Shown one piece after another: positions 11,344 to 25,413 of a stretch of 64,000 nucleotides of DNA. A program made the translations under genes and the position numbers. This DNA comes from Eledone cirrhosa. Its lineage: Eukaryota. The notes beneath the pieces are model-generated. The model worked only from the letters and a program-made list of their open reading frames with translations. It ran no database searches and was not told the origin of the DNA. Position 1 is the stretch's first letter, and each line of letters begins with the position of its first letter. The stretch covers positions 278,256,001 through 278,320,000 of the forward strand of contig OZ024741.1 in the NCBI GenBank assembly GCA_964016885.1, in the 5' to 3' direction.

Positions 11344-14325
11344 CTGTAACACTAACTTCAAAAAACGAGACAATCACTTGATCACCTATAGATCGGGGGA
11401 ACACACAAGCCAGGTAGATTATATCCTTACCAGAAGACGTGACAGAGTGTCTGTTGTTAACACTAAATCCCACCCCCATGAAGAATTCACCTCCCAACAT
11501 AGATTGATAATTAGCGACCTCATAGTCAGGACGAGACGTACTAGACAGCGAAAGAGGACTATCCTCAGGAGAAAAATATGGAAGCTAAAGGACCCCATAG
11601 CCAGAAATAAATTTCAAAGCAAATTACTTGACGCTTTCGACAGTAAGGAAGAGCAATTAGAGTCGTATAATATAGAGGAACAGTGGGAATTCCTGAGAGC
11701 AAACCTGCTGACGGCGGCAGACGAAGTCTGTGGCTGGAGCAGGCCTGTAGGTAGGAGGAGAGTAACATGGTGGTGGAACAGTAAGGTGGAGGAGTCAATT
11801 AAGGCCAAAAAGCAGGCTTGGAAAGTATGGCGGGATGGGGGAAGTAGAGAAGACTATCAAGTGGCCAGGAGGGAAGCTAGGAGACAAGTGTACTTCGCAA
11901 GAAGGGAAGCAGAGGAAAGAAAGTTCAAGCATGTTCTACAACGTGAGGACCAAAAACGTGAGGTGTTCAGGATTGCCAGGCAATGTGTCAAGGAAAACCG
12001 TGATATTGTCGGGGAGAAGTGTGTACTTAACGATGATGGCATACTTGCCATCACCGACGCTGATAAGAAGGTAGCTTGGAAGTGTCACTACGAAAGGCTT
12101 CTAAATGAGGAGAACAAATGGGAGAAAGACAGTCTCCCCCAGATCGATCCAATAGAGGGACCAGCAGTGTTAGTTGAAGGTAGTATAATAAGTAAGGCAA
12201 TCAAAGATATGAAGACGGGTAAGGCGGCTGGGCCTTCGGAAATAGTTGCTGAGATGCTGAAGGCATCTGGTTCGGTGGGACACACCATGGTCACCCGGAT
12301 AGTTAACCAAGTCGTACAGAATGGGGTTGTTCCGAAGGAATGGCGTAGCAGCATCATCGTTAACTGCTATAAGGGAAAAGGAGATGCCCTAGATAGGAGT
12401 AACTATAGAGGCATTAAATTAATCGACCAGGTCATGAAGGTCACGGAAAAAGTAATAGCGCAACTAATCAGAGAGAGAATTGATCTAGATGAAATGCAGT
12501 TCGGGTTTGTGTCAGGCAAAAGTACCACAGACGCTCTTTTCATTGTACGACAACTACAGGAGAAGTACCTAGCTAAAAGTAAACCCCTATACTTAGCTTT
12601 TGTCGACTTGGAGAAAGCCTTCGACAGAGTCCCCCGTTCCATTATCTGGTGGTCTCTTAGAAAACTAGGTGTTGACGAATGGCTTGTGAGAGCTATACAA
12701 GCCATGTATAAAGAAACAGTCAGTAAGGTTAGAATTAACAACGAATATAGTGAAGAGTTTAGCGTAAAAGTTGGTGTCCATCAGGGCTCTGTACTTAGCC
12801 CCCTACTATTTATTATTGCCCTTCAGGCTATAACAGAGGAGTTCAAGACCGGCTGCCCATGGGAACTCCTATACGCAGATGATCTAACGCTCATAGCTGA
12901 ATCAATGACCGAACTAGAGAAGAAATTCCAAACGTGGAAGCACGGCCTAGAATCAAAAGGCCTTAAAATTAACCTGGCTAAGACTAAAGTTCTAGTTTGT
13001 AGGAAAGAAAATAAGGCGGCGGTCCCATCGGGGAAATGGCCATGCTCAGTGTGTAGGAAAGGCGTAGGTAGAAACTCCATTTTATGTCCCAAATGCAAAG
13101 TATGGGTGCATAAAAGATGTAGTGGGATCACAGGTAAGCTAACTAAGAACATAGATTTTACATGTGGCCGGTGCTCTGGTGCAATAAGTAGCAGCAAGTG
13201 CCCACAAAATACTAGCTCCTTCAACTGCGCAGAGGGTTCTATAGAAATAGTGGACAGCTTCCGTTATCTGGGTGACAAAATCAGCAGTGGGGGAGGGTGC
13301 TCTGAAAGTACAGTAGCTAGAGTCAGAACTGGATGGAAAAAGTTCAGAGAGCTTATACCACTATTAGCCGCTAGAGGGTTCTCCCTAAAAATGAAAGGCA
13401 GGTTATACGATGCCTGCATACGAACAGCAATGCTGCATGGCAGTGAGACCTGGGCATTGTGTGCAGAGGATATACGCAGACTAGAGAGGAACGAAGCTTG
13501 CATGCTCCGCTGGATGTGCAATAGTAATATACGTGAACGGCAAAGCATAAACGAACTAAGGAAAAAATTAGAAATAAGAGGGATCAGATGTTGTTTACTC
13601 GAGAGAAGGCTACGTTGGTACGGTCACGTGATGCGCATGAAAGACGACAGCTGTATAACAAAGTGCAGGGCAATAAAGATAGACGGTAGCCACGGAGTAG
13701 GCAGACCCAGAAAAACATGGGACGAGCTGATAAATTCCGACCTCACACGCTTACACCTCTCCAAGACAATGTCACTGGACCGAGACCTTTGGCGGTACTC
13801 AGTAATAGAGAAGACCCGCCTTACCTAAATACAAAGTAAAAACCTACTACAGTCAGTAGGCACCTCTATCAAAACACACCCCCGTCCCACCACCTCCACC
13901 CCACCCACACCGCCCCTTTCAATGTAAAGTTATGTTGGTCCCACAACATCCAGGCCGAAACAAATGAGATCGTGTAGGTGTCACGACAAAAAACACACAG
14001 TCCACGCTGTAAATGTGGCCGTGTAGGCAACACGGTAAAAACCTCCCAGCCCCACACTGTAAATGTGGTTGGTGTTAGGAAGGGCATCCAGCTGTAGAAA
14101 ACCCGCCAGACAGTCCACGCTGTAATGTGGTCGTGTAGGCAACACGGTAAAAACCTCCCAGCCCCACACTGTAAATGTGGTTGGTGTTAGGAAGGGCATC
14201 CAACTGTAGAAAACCCGCCAGACAGTCCTATGCGAGCAAGACAACCACTCTTGCCTCAAGTGGGAAAACCCCCGTCCAAACCCATGCAAGCGTGGAACAC
14301 GGACGCTAAACCTGATGATGATGAT
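11344..14325 (+). mobile_element. 5'-truncated RTE LINE copy B (end of APE + RT + PHD, open frame to 13828)
   Basis: APE C-terminus TYRSG..SQVDYIL..SQHRL; RT YADD; C4HC3 finger; 113-bp duplication in 3' UTR; (GAT)n tail. Confidence 0.95.
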
Positions 14326-15438
14326 ATATACAATATACACTATAGTTGGGTATATTGGTATTTGATATATATACAATATACACTATAGTTGGGTATATTG
14401 GTATTTTATTTGATATATATACAATATACACTATAGTTGGATATATTGGTATTTTATTTGATATATATACAATATACACTATAGTTGGGTATATTGGTAT
14501 TTTATTTGATATATATATATATACACTATAGTTGGATATATTGGTATTTTATTTGATATATATACAATATACACTATAGTTGGATATATTGGTATTTTAT
14601 TTGATATATATACAATATACACTATAGTTGGATATAGTGGTATTTTATTTGATATATATATATATATACACTATAGTTGGATATATTGGTATTTTATTTG
14701 ATATATATACAATATACACTATAGTTGGATATATTGGTATTTTATTTGATATATATACAATATACACTATAGTTGGATATAGTGGTATTTTATTTGATAT
14801 ATATATATATATACACTATAGTTGGATATATTGGTATTTTATTTGATATATATACAATATACACTATAGTTGGGTATATTGGTATTTTATTTGATATATA
14901 TACAATATACACTATAGTTGGGTATATTGGTATTTCATTTGATATATATACAATATACACTATAGTTGGATATATTGGTATTTTATTTGATATATATACA
15001 ATATACACTATAGTTGGTTATATTGGTATTTTATTTGATATTTATACAATATACACTATAGTTGGATATAGTGGTATTTTATTTGATATATATATATATA
15101 TACACTATAGTTGGATATATTGGTATTTTATTTGATATATATACAATATACACTATAGTTGGATATATTGGTATTTTATTTGATATTTATTCAATATACA
15201 CTATAGTTGGATATAGTGGTATTTTATTTGATATATATACAATATACACTATAGTGGGGTATATTGGTATTTTATTTGATATATATATATATATACACTA
15301 TAGTTGGGTATATTGGTATTTTATTTGATATATATACAATGTACACTATAGTTGGATATATTGGTATTTTATTTGATATATATATATACACTATAGTTGG
15401 GTATATTGGTATTTTATTTGATATATATATATATATAC

Positions 15439-16985
15439 AAGTGTAGATGAATAGCTTGTGAGAGCTATACAAGTCATGTATAAAGAAACAGTTAACAACG
15501 AATATAGTGAAGAATTTAGTGTAAAAGTTGGTGTTCATCAAGGCTCTGTCCTTAGCCCCCTCCTATTTATTATTGCCCTTCAGGCTATAACAGAGGAGTT
15601 TAAGACTGGCTGCCCATGGGAACTTCTATACACAGATGATCTAACTCTCATAGCTGAATCTATGGCTGAACTAGAGAAGAAATTCCAAACATGGAAACAT
15701 GGCCTAGAATCAAAAGGCCTTAAAATTAACTTGTCTAAGACTAAAGTTCTAGTATGTAGAAAGGAAAATAGGGCACAGGTGCCCTCTGGGAAATGGCCAT
15801 GCTCAGTGTGTAGGAAAGGAGTAGGCAGAAATTCCATTTTATGTCCCAAATGCAAAGTATGGGTGCATAAAAGATGTAGTGGGATCACAGGTAAGCTATC
15901 TAAGAATGTAGATTTTATATGTGGCTGATACTCAGGTGCAATAAGTAACACGTGCCCACAGGATACTAGCTCCTTCTATTGCCCAGATGGCTCTATAGAA
16001 ATAGTGGACACTTTCCGTTACCTGGATGACAAAATGAGCAATGGTGGAGGGTGCTCTGAAAGTACAGTAGCCAGAGTCAGAACAGGATGGAAAAAGTTCA
16101 GAGAGCTTATACTGCTGTTGGCCACAAAAGGTTTCTTTCTAAAAATGAAAGGCAGATTGTATGATGCCTGTATACAAACAGCAATGTTACATGGCAGTGA
16201 GATATGGGCATTGTGTGCAGAGGATCTGTGCAGACTGGAGAAGAATGAAGCTTGCATGCTCCGCTGGATGTGTAATAGTAATATACACGAACGGCAAAAC
16301 ATAAATGAACTAAGTGAGAAATTAGGAATAAGAAGGATCAGATGCTGTTTACTCGAGAGAAGACTACGTTGGTATGGTCACGTGATGCGCATGAAAGACG
16401 ACAGCTGTATAAAAAAGTGCAGGGCGATGAAAATTGATGGAAGTTACAGAGTAGGTAGATCCAGAAAAACCTGGGACGATTTGATAAATTCCGACCTTGC
16501 ACACTTGCACCTCTCTAAGACAATGTCACTGGACCGAGACCTTTGGCGCCATGCAGTAATACAGAAGACCCGCCTTGCCTATGTACAAAGCGAAACCTAC
16601 AGTCAGTAGGCACCTCTTAACCAAATATACACCCCAATCCACTACCCCTACCCTATCCTCCCACTCCCACCAACACCACCCTTTCTCTGTAAAATTATGT
16701 TGGTACCACAACATCCAGTCCTAAATAAATGAGGTCGTGTAGGTGTTACGACAAAAAAACACAGTCCAAGCTGTAGTGTAGCCGTGTAGGTAACATGGTA
16801 AAAACCTCCCAGTCCACACTGTAAATGTGGTTGGTGTTAGGAAGGGCATCCAGCCGTAGAAAACCTGCCAGACAGTCCTATATGAGCAAGACACGGTCAC
16901 CCGATCAATCTTGCCTCAAGTGGGACAATTCCCGTCTAAACCCATGCTAGCATGGAAAATAGACGTTAAACGATGATGATAATGA
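15439..16985 (+). mobile_element. Older decayed RTE LINE copy C (stops, YTDD, small deletion)
   Basis: ORF pieces 15458-15928 and 16004-16609 homologous to copy B; TGG>TAG near the 5' junction; gatgatgataatga tail. Confidence 0.92.
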
Positions 16986-18170
16986 ATATACACTATAGTT
17001 GGTTATATTGCTATTTTATTTGATATATATACAATATACACTATAGTTGGGTATACTTGTATTTTATTTGATATATATACAGTATACACTATAGTTGGAT
17101 ATATTGGTATTTTATTTGATATATATACAATATACACTATAGTTGGATATATTGGTATTTTATTTGATATATATACATATACACTATAGTTGGATATATT
17201 GGTATTTTATTTGATATATATATATATACACTATAGTTGGATATATTGGTATTTTATTTGATATATATACAATATACACTATAGTTGGGTATGTTGGTAT
17301 TTTATTTGATATATATACAATATACACTATAGTTGGTTATATTGGTATTTCATGTGATATATATACAATATACACTATAGTTGGGTATATTGGTATTTTA
17401 TTTGATATATATACAATATACACTATAGTTGGTTATATTGGTATTTCATGTGATATATATACAATATACACTATAGTTGGGTATATTGGTATTTTATTTG
17501 ATATATATATACAATATACACTATAGTTGGGTATATTGGTATTTTATTTGATATATATACAATATACACTATAGTTGGGTATATTGGTATTTTATTTGAT
17601 ATATATATATATACACTATAGTTGAGTATATTGGTATTTTATTTGATATATATACAATATACACTATAGTTGGGTATATTGGTATTTTATTTGATATATA
17701 TACAATATACACTATAGTTTGGTATATTGGTATTTCATTTGATATATATATATATACACTATAGTTGAGTATATTGGTATTTCATTTGATATATATACAA
17801 TATACACTATAGTTGGGTATATTGGTATTTTATTTGATATATATACAATATACACTATAGTTGGTTATATTGGTATTTCATGTGATATATATACAATATA
17901 CACTATAGTTGGGTATATTGGTATTTTATTTGATATATATACAATATACACTATAGTTGGGTATATTGGTATTTCATTTGATATATATATATATACACTA
18001 TAGTTGAGTATATTGGTATTTCATTTGATATATATACAATATACACTATAGTTGGGTATATTGGTATTTTATTTGATATATATACAATATACACTATAGT
18101 GGGATATATTGGTATTTGATATATATACAATATACACTATAGTTGGGTATATTGGTATTTTATTTGATAT

Positions 18171-21152
18171 CTGTAACACTAACTTCAAAAAACGAGACAA
18201 TCACTTGATCACCTATAGATCGGGGGAACACACAAGCCAGGTAGATTATATCCTTACCAGAAGACGTGACAGAGTGTCTGTTGTTAACACTAAATCCCAC
18301 CCCCATGAAGAATTCACCTCCCAACATAGATTGATAATTAGCGACCTCATAGTCAGGACGAGACGTACTAGACAGCGAAAGAGGACTATCCTCAGGAGAA
18401 AAATATGGAAGCTAAAGGACCCCATAGCCAGAAATAAATTTCAAAGCAAATTACTTGACGCTTTCGACAGTAAGGAAGAGCAATTAGAGTCGTATAATAT
18501 AGAGGAACAGTGGGAATTCCTGAGAGCAAACCTGCTGACGGCGGCAGACGAAGTCTGTGGCTGGAGCAGGCCTGTAGGTAGGAGGAGAGTAACATGGTGG
18601 TGGAACAGTAAGGTGGAGGAGTCAATTAAGGCCAAAAAGCAGGCTTGGAAAGTATGGCGGGATGGGGGAAGTAGAGAAGACTATCAAGTGGCCAGGAGGG
18701 AAGCTAGGAGACAAGTGTACTTCGCAAGAAGGGAAGCAGAGGAAAGAAAGTTCAAGCATGTTCTACAACGTGAGGACCAAAAACGTGAGGTGTTCAGGAT
18801 TGCCAGGCAATGTGTCAAGGAAAACCGTGATATTGTCGGGGAGAAGTGTGTACTTAACGATGATGGCATACTTGCCATCACCGACGCTGATAAGAAGGTA
18901 GCTTGGAAGTGTCACTACGAAAGGCTTCTAAATGAGGAGAACAAATGGGAGAAAGACAGTCTCCCCCAGATCGATCCAATAGAGGGACCAGCAGTGTTAG
19001 TTGAAGGTAGTATAATAAGTAAGGCAATCAAAGATATGAAGACGGGTAAGGCGGCTGGGCCTTCGGAAATAGTTGCTGAGATGCTGAAGGCATCTGGTTC
19101 GGTGGGACACACCATGGTCACCCGGATAGTTAACCAAGTCGTACAGAATGGGGTTGTTCCGAAGGAATGGCGTAGCAGCATCATCGTTAACTGCTATAAG
19201 GGAAAAGGAGATGCCCTAGATAGGAGTAACTATAGAGGCATTAAATTAATCGACCAGGTCATGAAGGTCACGGAAAAAGTAATAGCGCAACTAATCAGAG
19301 AGAGAATTGATCTAGATGAAATGCAGTTCGGGTTTGTGTCAGGCAAAAGTACCACAGACGCTCTTTTCATTGTACGACAACTACAGGAGAAGTACCTAGC
19401 TAAAAGTAAACCCCTATACTTAGCTTTTGTCGACTTGGAGAAAGCCTTCGACAGAGTCCCCCGTTCCATTATCTGGTGGTCTCTTAGAAAACTAGGTGTT
19501 GACGAATGGCTTGTGAGAGCTATACAAGCCATGTATAAAGAAACAGTCAGTAAGGTTAGAATTAACAACGAATATAGTGAAGAGTTTAGCGTAAAAGTTG
19601 GTGTCCATCAGGGCTCTGTACTTAGCCCCCTACTATTTATTATTGCCCTTCAGGCTATAACAGAGGAGTTCAAGACCGGCTGCCCATGGGAACTCCTATA
19701 CGCAGATGATCTAACGCTCATAGCTGAATCAATGACCGAACTAGAGAAGAAATTCCAAACGTGGAAGCACGGCCTAGAATCAAAAGGCCTTAAAATTAAC
19801 CTGGCTAAGACTAAAGTTCTAGTTTGTAGGAAAGAAAATAAGGCGGCGGTCCCATCGGGGAAATGGCCATGCTCAGTGTGTAGGAAAGGCGTAGGTAGAA
19901 ACTCCATTTTATGTCCCAAATGCAAAGTATGGGTGCATAAAAGATGTAGTGGGATCACAGGTAAGCTAACTAAGAACATAGATTTTACATGTGGCCGGTG
20001 CTCTGGTGCAATAAGTAGCAGCAAGTGCCCACAAAATACTAGCTCCTTCAACTGCGCAGAGGGTTCTATAGAAATAGTGGACAGCTTCCGTTATCTGGGT
20101 GACAAAATCAGCAGTGGGGGAGGGTGCTCTGAAAGTACAGTAGCTAGAGTCAGAACTGGATGGAAAAAGTTCAGAGAGCTTATACCACTATTAGCCGCTA
20201 GAGGGTTCTCCCTAAAAATGAAAGGCAGGTTATACGATGCCTGCATACGAACAGCAATGCTGCATGGCAGTGAGACCTGGGCATTGTGTGCAGAGGATAT
20301 ACGCAGACTAGAGAGGAACGAAGCTTGCATGCTCCGCTGGATGTGCAATAGTAATATACGTGAACGGCAAAGCATAAACGAACTAAGGAAAAAATTAGAA
20401 ATAAGAGGGATCAGATGTTGTTTACTCGAGAGAAGGCTACGTTGGTACGGTCACGTGATGCGCATGAAAGACGACAGCTGTATAACAAAGTGCAGGGCAA
20501 TAAAGATAGACGGTAGCCACGGAGTAGGCAGACCCAGAAAAACATGGGACGAGCTGATAAATTCCGACCTCACACGCTTACACCTCTCCAAGACAATGTC
20601 ACTGGACCGAGACCTTTGGCGGTACTCAGTAATAGAGAAGACCCGCCTTACCTAAATACAAAGTAAAAACCTACTACAGTCAGTAGGCACCTCTATCAAA
20701 ACACACCCCCGTCCCACCACCTCCACCCCACCCACACCGCCCCTTTCAATGTAAAGTTATGTTGGTCCCACAACATCCAGGCCGAAACAAATGAGATCGT
20801 GTAGGTGTCACGACAAAAAACACACAGTCCACGCTGTAAATGTGGCCGTGTAGGCAACACGGTAAAAACCTCCCAGCCCCACACTGCAAATGTGGTTGGT
20901 GTTAGGAAGGGCATCCAGCTGTAGAAAACCCGCCAGACAGTCCACGCTGTAATGTGGTCGTGTAGGCAACACGGTAAAAACCTCCCAGCCCCACACTGTA
21001 AATGTGGTTGGTGTTAGGAAGGGCATCCAACTGTAGAAAACCCGCCAGACAGTCCTATGCGAGCAAGACAACCACTCTTGCCTCAAGTGGGAAAACCCCC
21101 GTCCAAACCCATGCAAGCGTGGAACACGGACGCTAAACCTGATGATGATGAT
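18171..21152 (+). mobile_element. RTE LINE copy B' (duplicate of 11344-14325)
   Basis: Identical 848-aa ORF at offset 6827; same junctions; one visible T>C at 20887. Confidence 0.95.
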
Positions 21153-22360
21153 ATATACAATATACACTATAGTTGGGTATATTGGTATTTGATATATATA
21201 CAATATACACTATAGTTGGGTATATTGGTATTTTATTTGATATATATACAATATACACTATAGTTGGATATATTGGTATTTTATTTGATATATATACAAT
21301 ATACACTATAGTTGGGTATATTGGTATTTTATTTGATATATATATATATACACTATAGTTGGATATATTGGTATTTTATTTGATATATATACAATATACA
21401 CTATAGTTGGATATATTGGTATTTTATTTGATATATATACAATATACACTATAGTTGGATATAGTGGTATTTTATTTGATATATATATATATATACACTA
21501 TAGTTGGATATATTGGTATTTTATTTGATATATATACAATATACACTATAGTTGGATATATTGGTATTTTATTTGATATATATACAATATACACTATAGT
21601 TGGATATAGTGGTATTTTATTTGATATATATATATATATACACTATAGTTGGATATATTGGTATTTTATTTGATATATATACAATATACACTATAGTTGG
21701 GTATATTGGTATTTTATTTGATATATATACAATATACACTATAGTTGGGTATATTGGTATTTCATTTGATATATATACAATATACACTATAGTTGGATAT
21801 ATTGGTATTTTATTTGATATATATACAATATACACTATAGTTGGTTATATTGGTATTTTATTTGATATTTATACAATATACACTATAGTTGGATATAGTG
21901 GTATTTTATTTGATATATATATATATATACACTATAGTTGGATATATTGGTATTTTATTTGATATATATACAATATACACTATAGTTGGATATAGTGGTA
22001 TTTTATTTGATATATATATATATATACACTATAGTTGGATATATTGGTATTTTATTTGATATATATACAATATACACTATAGTTGGATATATTGGTATTT
22101 TATTTGATATTTATTCAATATACACTATAGTTGGATATAGTGGTATTTTATTTGATATATATACAATATACACTATAGTGGGGTATATTGGTATTTTATT
22201 TGATATATATATATATACACTATAGTTGGGTATATTGGTATTTTATTTGATATATATACAATGTACACTATAGTTGGATATATTGGTATTTTATTTGATA
22301 TATATATATACACTATAGTTGGGTATATTGGTATTTTATTTGATATATATATATATATAC

Positions 22361-23907
22361 AAGTGTAGATGAATAGCTTGTGAGAGCTATACAAGTCATG
22401 TATAAAGAAACAGTTAACAACGAATATAGTGAAGAATTTAGTGTAAAAGTTGGTGTTCATCAAGGCTCTGTCCTTAGCCCCCTCCTATTTATTATTGCCC
22501 TTCAGGCTATAACAGAGGAGTTTAAGACTGGCTGCCCATGGGAACTTCTATACACAGATGATCTAACTCTCATAGCTGAATCTATGGCTGAACTAGAGAA
22601 GAAATTCCAAACATGGAAACATGGCCTAGAATCAAAAGGCCTTAAAATTAACTTGTCTAAGACTAAAGTTCTAGTATGTAGAAAGGAAAATAGGGCACAG
22701 GTGCCCTCTGGGAAATGGCCATGCTCAGTGTGTAGGAAAGGAGTAGGCAGAAATTCCATTTTATGTCCCAAATGCAAAGTATGGGTGCATAAAAGATGTA
22801 GTGGGATCACAGGTAAGCTATCTAAGAATGTAGATTTTATATGTGGCTGATACTCAGGTGCAATAAGTAACACGTGCCCACAGGATACTAGCTCCTTCTA
22901 TTGCCCAGATGGCTCTATAGAAATAGTGGACACTTTCCGTTACCTGGATGACAAAATGAGCAATGGTGGAGGGTGCTCTGAAAGTACAGTAGCCAGAGTC
23001 AGAACAGGATGGAAAAAGTTCAGAGAGCTTATACTGCTGTTGGCCACAAAAGGTTTCTTTCTAAAAATGAAAGGCAGATTGTATGATGCCTGTATACAAA
23101 CAGCAATGTTACATGGCAGTGAGATATGGGCATTGTGTGCAGAGGATCTGTGCAGACTGGAGAAGAATGAAGCTTGCATGCTCCGCTGGATGTGTAATAG
23201 TAATATACACGAACGGCAAAACATAAATGAACTAAGTGAGAAATTAGGAATAAGAAGGATCAGATGCTGTTTACTCGAGAGAAGACTACGTTGGTATGGT
23301 CACGTGATGCGCATGAAAGACGACAGCTGTATAAAAAAGTGCAGGGCGATGAAAATTGATGGAAGTTACAGAGTAGGTAGATCCAGAAAAACCTGGGACG
23401 ATTTGATAAATTCCGACCTTGCACACTTGCACCTCTCTAAGACAATGTCACTGGACCGAGACCTTTGGCGCCATGCAGTAATACAGAAGACCCGCCTTGC
23501 CTATGTACAAAGCGAAACCTACAGTCAGTAGGCACCTCTTAACCAAATATACACCCCAATCCACTACCCCTACCCTATCCTCCCACTCCCACCAACACCA
23601 CCCTTTCTCTGTAAAATTATGTTGGTACCACAACATCCAGTCCTAAATAAATGAGGTCGTGTAGGTGTTACGACAAAAAAACACAGTCCAAGCTGTAGTG
23701 TAGCCGTGTAGGTAACATGGTAAAAACCTCCCAGTCCACACTGTAAATGTGGTTGGTGTTAGGAAGGGCATCCAGCCGTAGAAAACCTGCCAGACAGTCC
23801 TATATGAGCAAGACACGGTCACCCGATCAATCTTGCCTCAAGTGGGACAATTCCCGTCTAAACCCATGCTAGCATGGAAAATAGACGTTAAACGATGATG
23901 ATAATGA
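22361..23907 (+). mobile_element. RTE LINE copy C' (duplicate of 15439-16985)
   Basis: Identical ORF pieces at offset 6922 and same junctions. Confidence 0.92.
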
Positions 23908-24095
23908 ATATACACTATAGTTGGTTATATTGCTATTTTATTTGATATATATACAATATACACTATAGTTGGGTATACTTGTATTTTATTTGATATATAT
24001 ACAGTATACACTACAGTTGGATATATTGGTATTTGATATATATACAATATACACTATAGTTGGATATATTGGTATTTTATTTGATATATATACAA

Positions 24096-24499
24096 TCTTT
24101 ATATATATAAAAGCGAGGATGTGTGTGTCTGTGTACAACTTTGCATGCATAAGGCTTTCACAATTACCAACTGAATTTGACCAAATTTTCTGTGCACGTT
24201 GCACAGGTCGCTACGATTGTCATATCACAAACATTTTTCAAATTGACCCACGTTGAGCAATAAAAAATCGATATCAAAATTATCGGTAGAAAAAATTGAT
24301 GTAAGGGAGATAACAAACTTTATTGACAATCCTTATAAAAAAGGGAGATAACCTTTTCACCAAATATAGTTTGTATTAATTATTGAAGACTTCTGCTTAT
24401 TTTGACAGGTTGGGGACAAATAATGTTCTTCTTTTACTTCCTAGCTGTATATTCTTAGCATAATTTCAAACCCCGAGCAACGCCGGGTAAATCTGCTAG
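24096..24499 (+). mobile_element. Non-autonomous Helitron 1 (404 bp)
   Basis: 5' TC, 3' CTAG; subterminal hairpin ccccgagcaacgccggg (24471-24487); inserted between A|T of satellite tacaa|tatacac with no TSD. Confidence 0.88.
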
Positions 24500-25413
24500 T
24501 ATACACTATAGTTGGGTATATTGGTATTTTATTTGATATATATACAATATACACTATAGTTGGATATAGTGGTATTTTATTTGATATATATATATACAAT
24601 ATACACTATAGTTGGGTATATTGGTATTTTATTTGATATTGGTATTTTATTGGTATTTTATTGGTATTTTATTTGATATTGGTATTTTATTTGATATATA
24701 TACAATAGACACTATAGTTGGATATATTGGTATTTGATAAATATACAATATACACTATAGTTGGATATATTGGTATTTTATTTGATATATATACAATATA
24801 CACTATAGTTGGATATATTGGTATTTTATTTGATATATATACAATATACACTATAGTTGGATATATTGGTATTTTATTTGATATTTATACAATATACACT
24901 ATAGTTGGTTATATTGGTATTTTATTTGATATTTATACAATATACACTATAGTTGGATATATTGGTATTTTATTTGATATATATACAATATACACTATAG
25001 TTGGGTATATTGGTATTTCATTTGATATATATACAATATACACTATAGTTGGTTATATTGGTATTTTATTTGATATTTATACAATATACACTATAGTTGG
25101 TTATATTGGTATTTTATTTGATATTTATACAATATACACTATAGTTGGATATATTGGTATTTTATTTGATACATATACAATATACACTATAGTTGGTTAT
25201 ATTGGTATTTTATTTGATATTTATACAATATACACTATAGTTGGATATATTGGTATTTTATTTGATACATATACAATATACACTATAGTTGGTTATATTG
25301 GTATTTTATTTGATATTTATACAATATACACTATAGTTGGGTATATTGGTATTTTATTTGATATATATACAATATACACTATAGTGGGGTATATTGGTAT
25401 TTTATTTGATATA

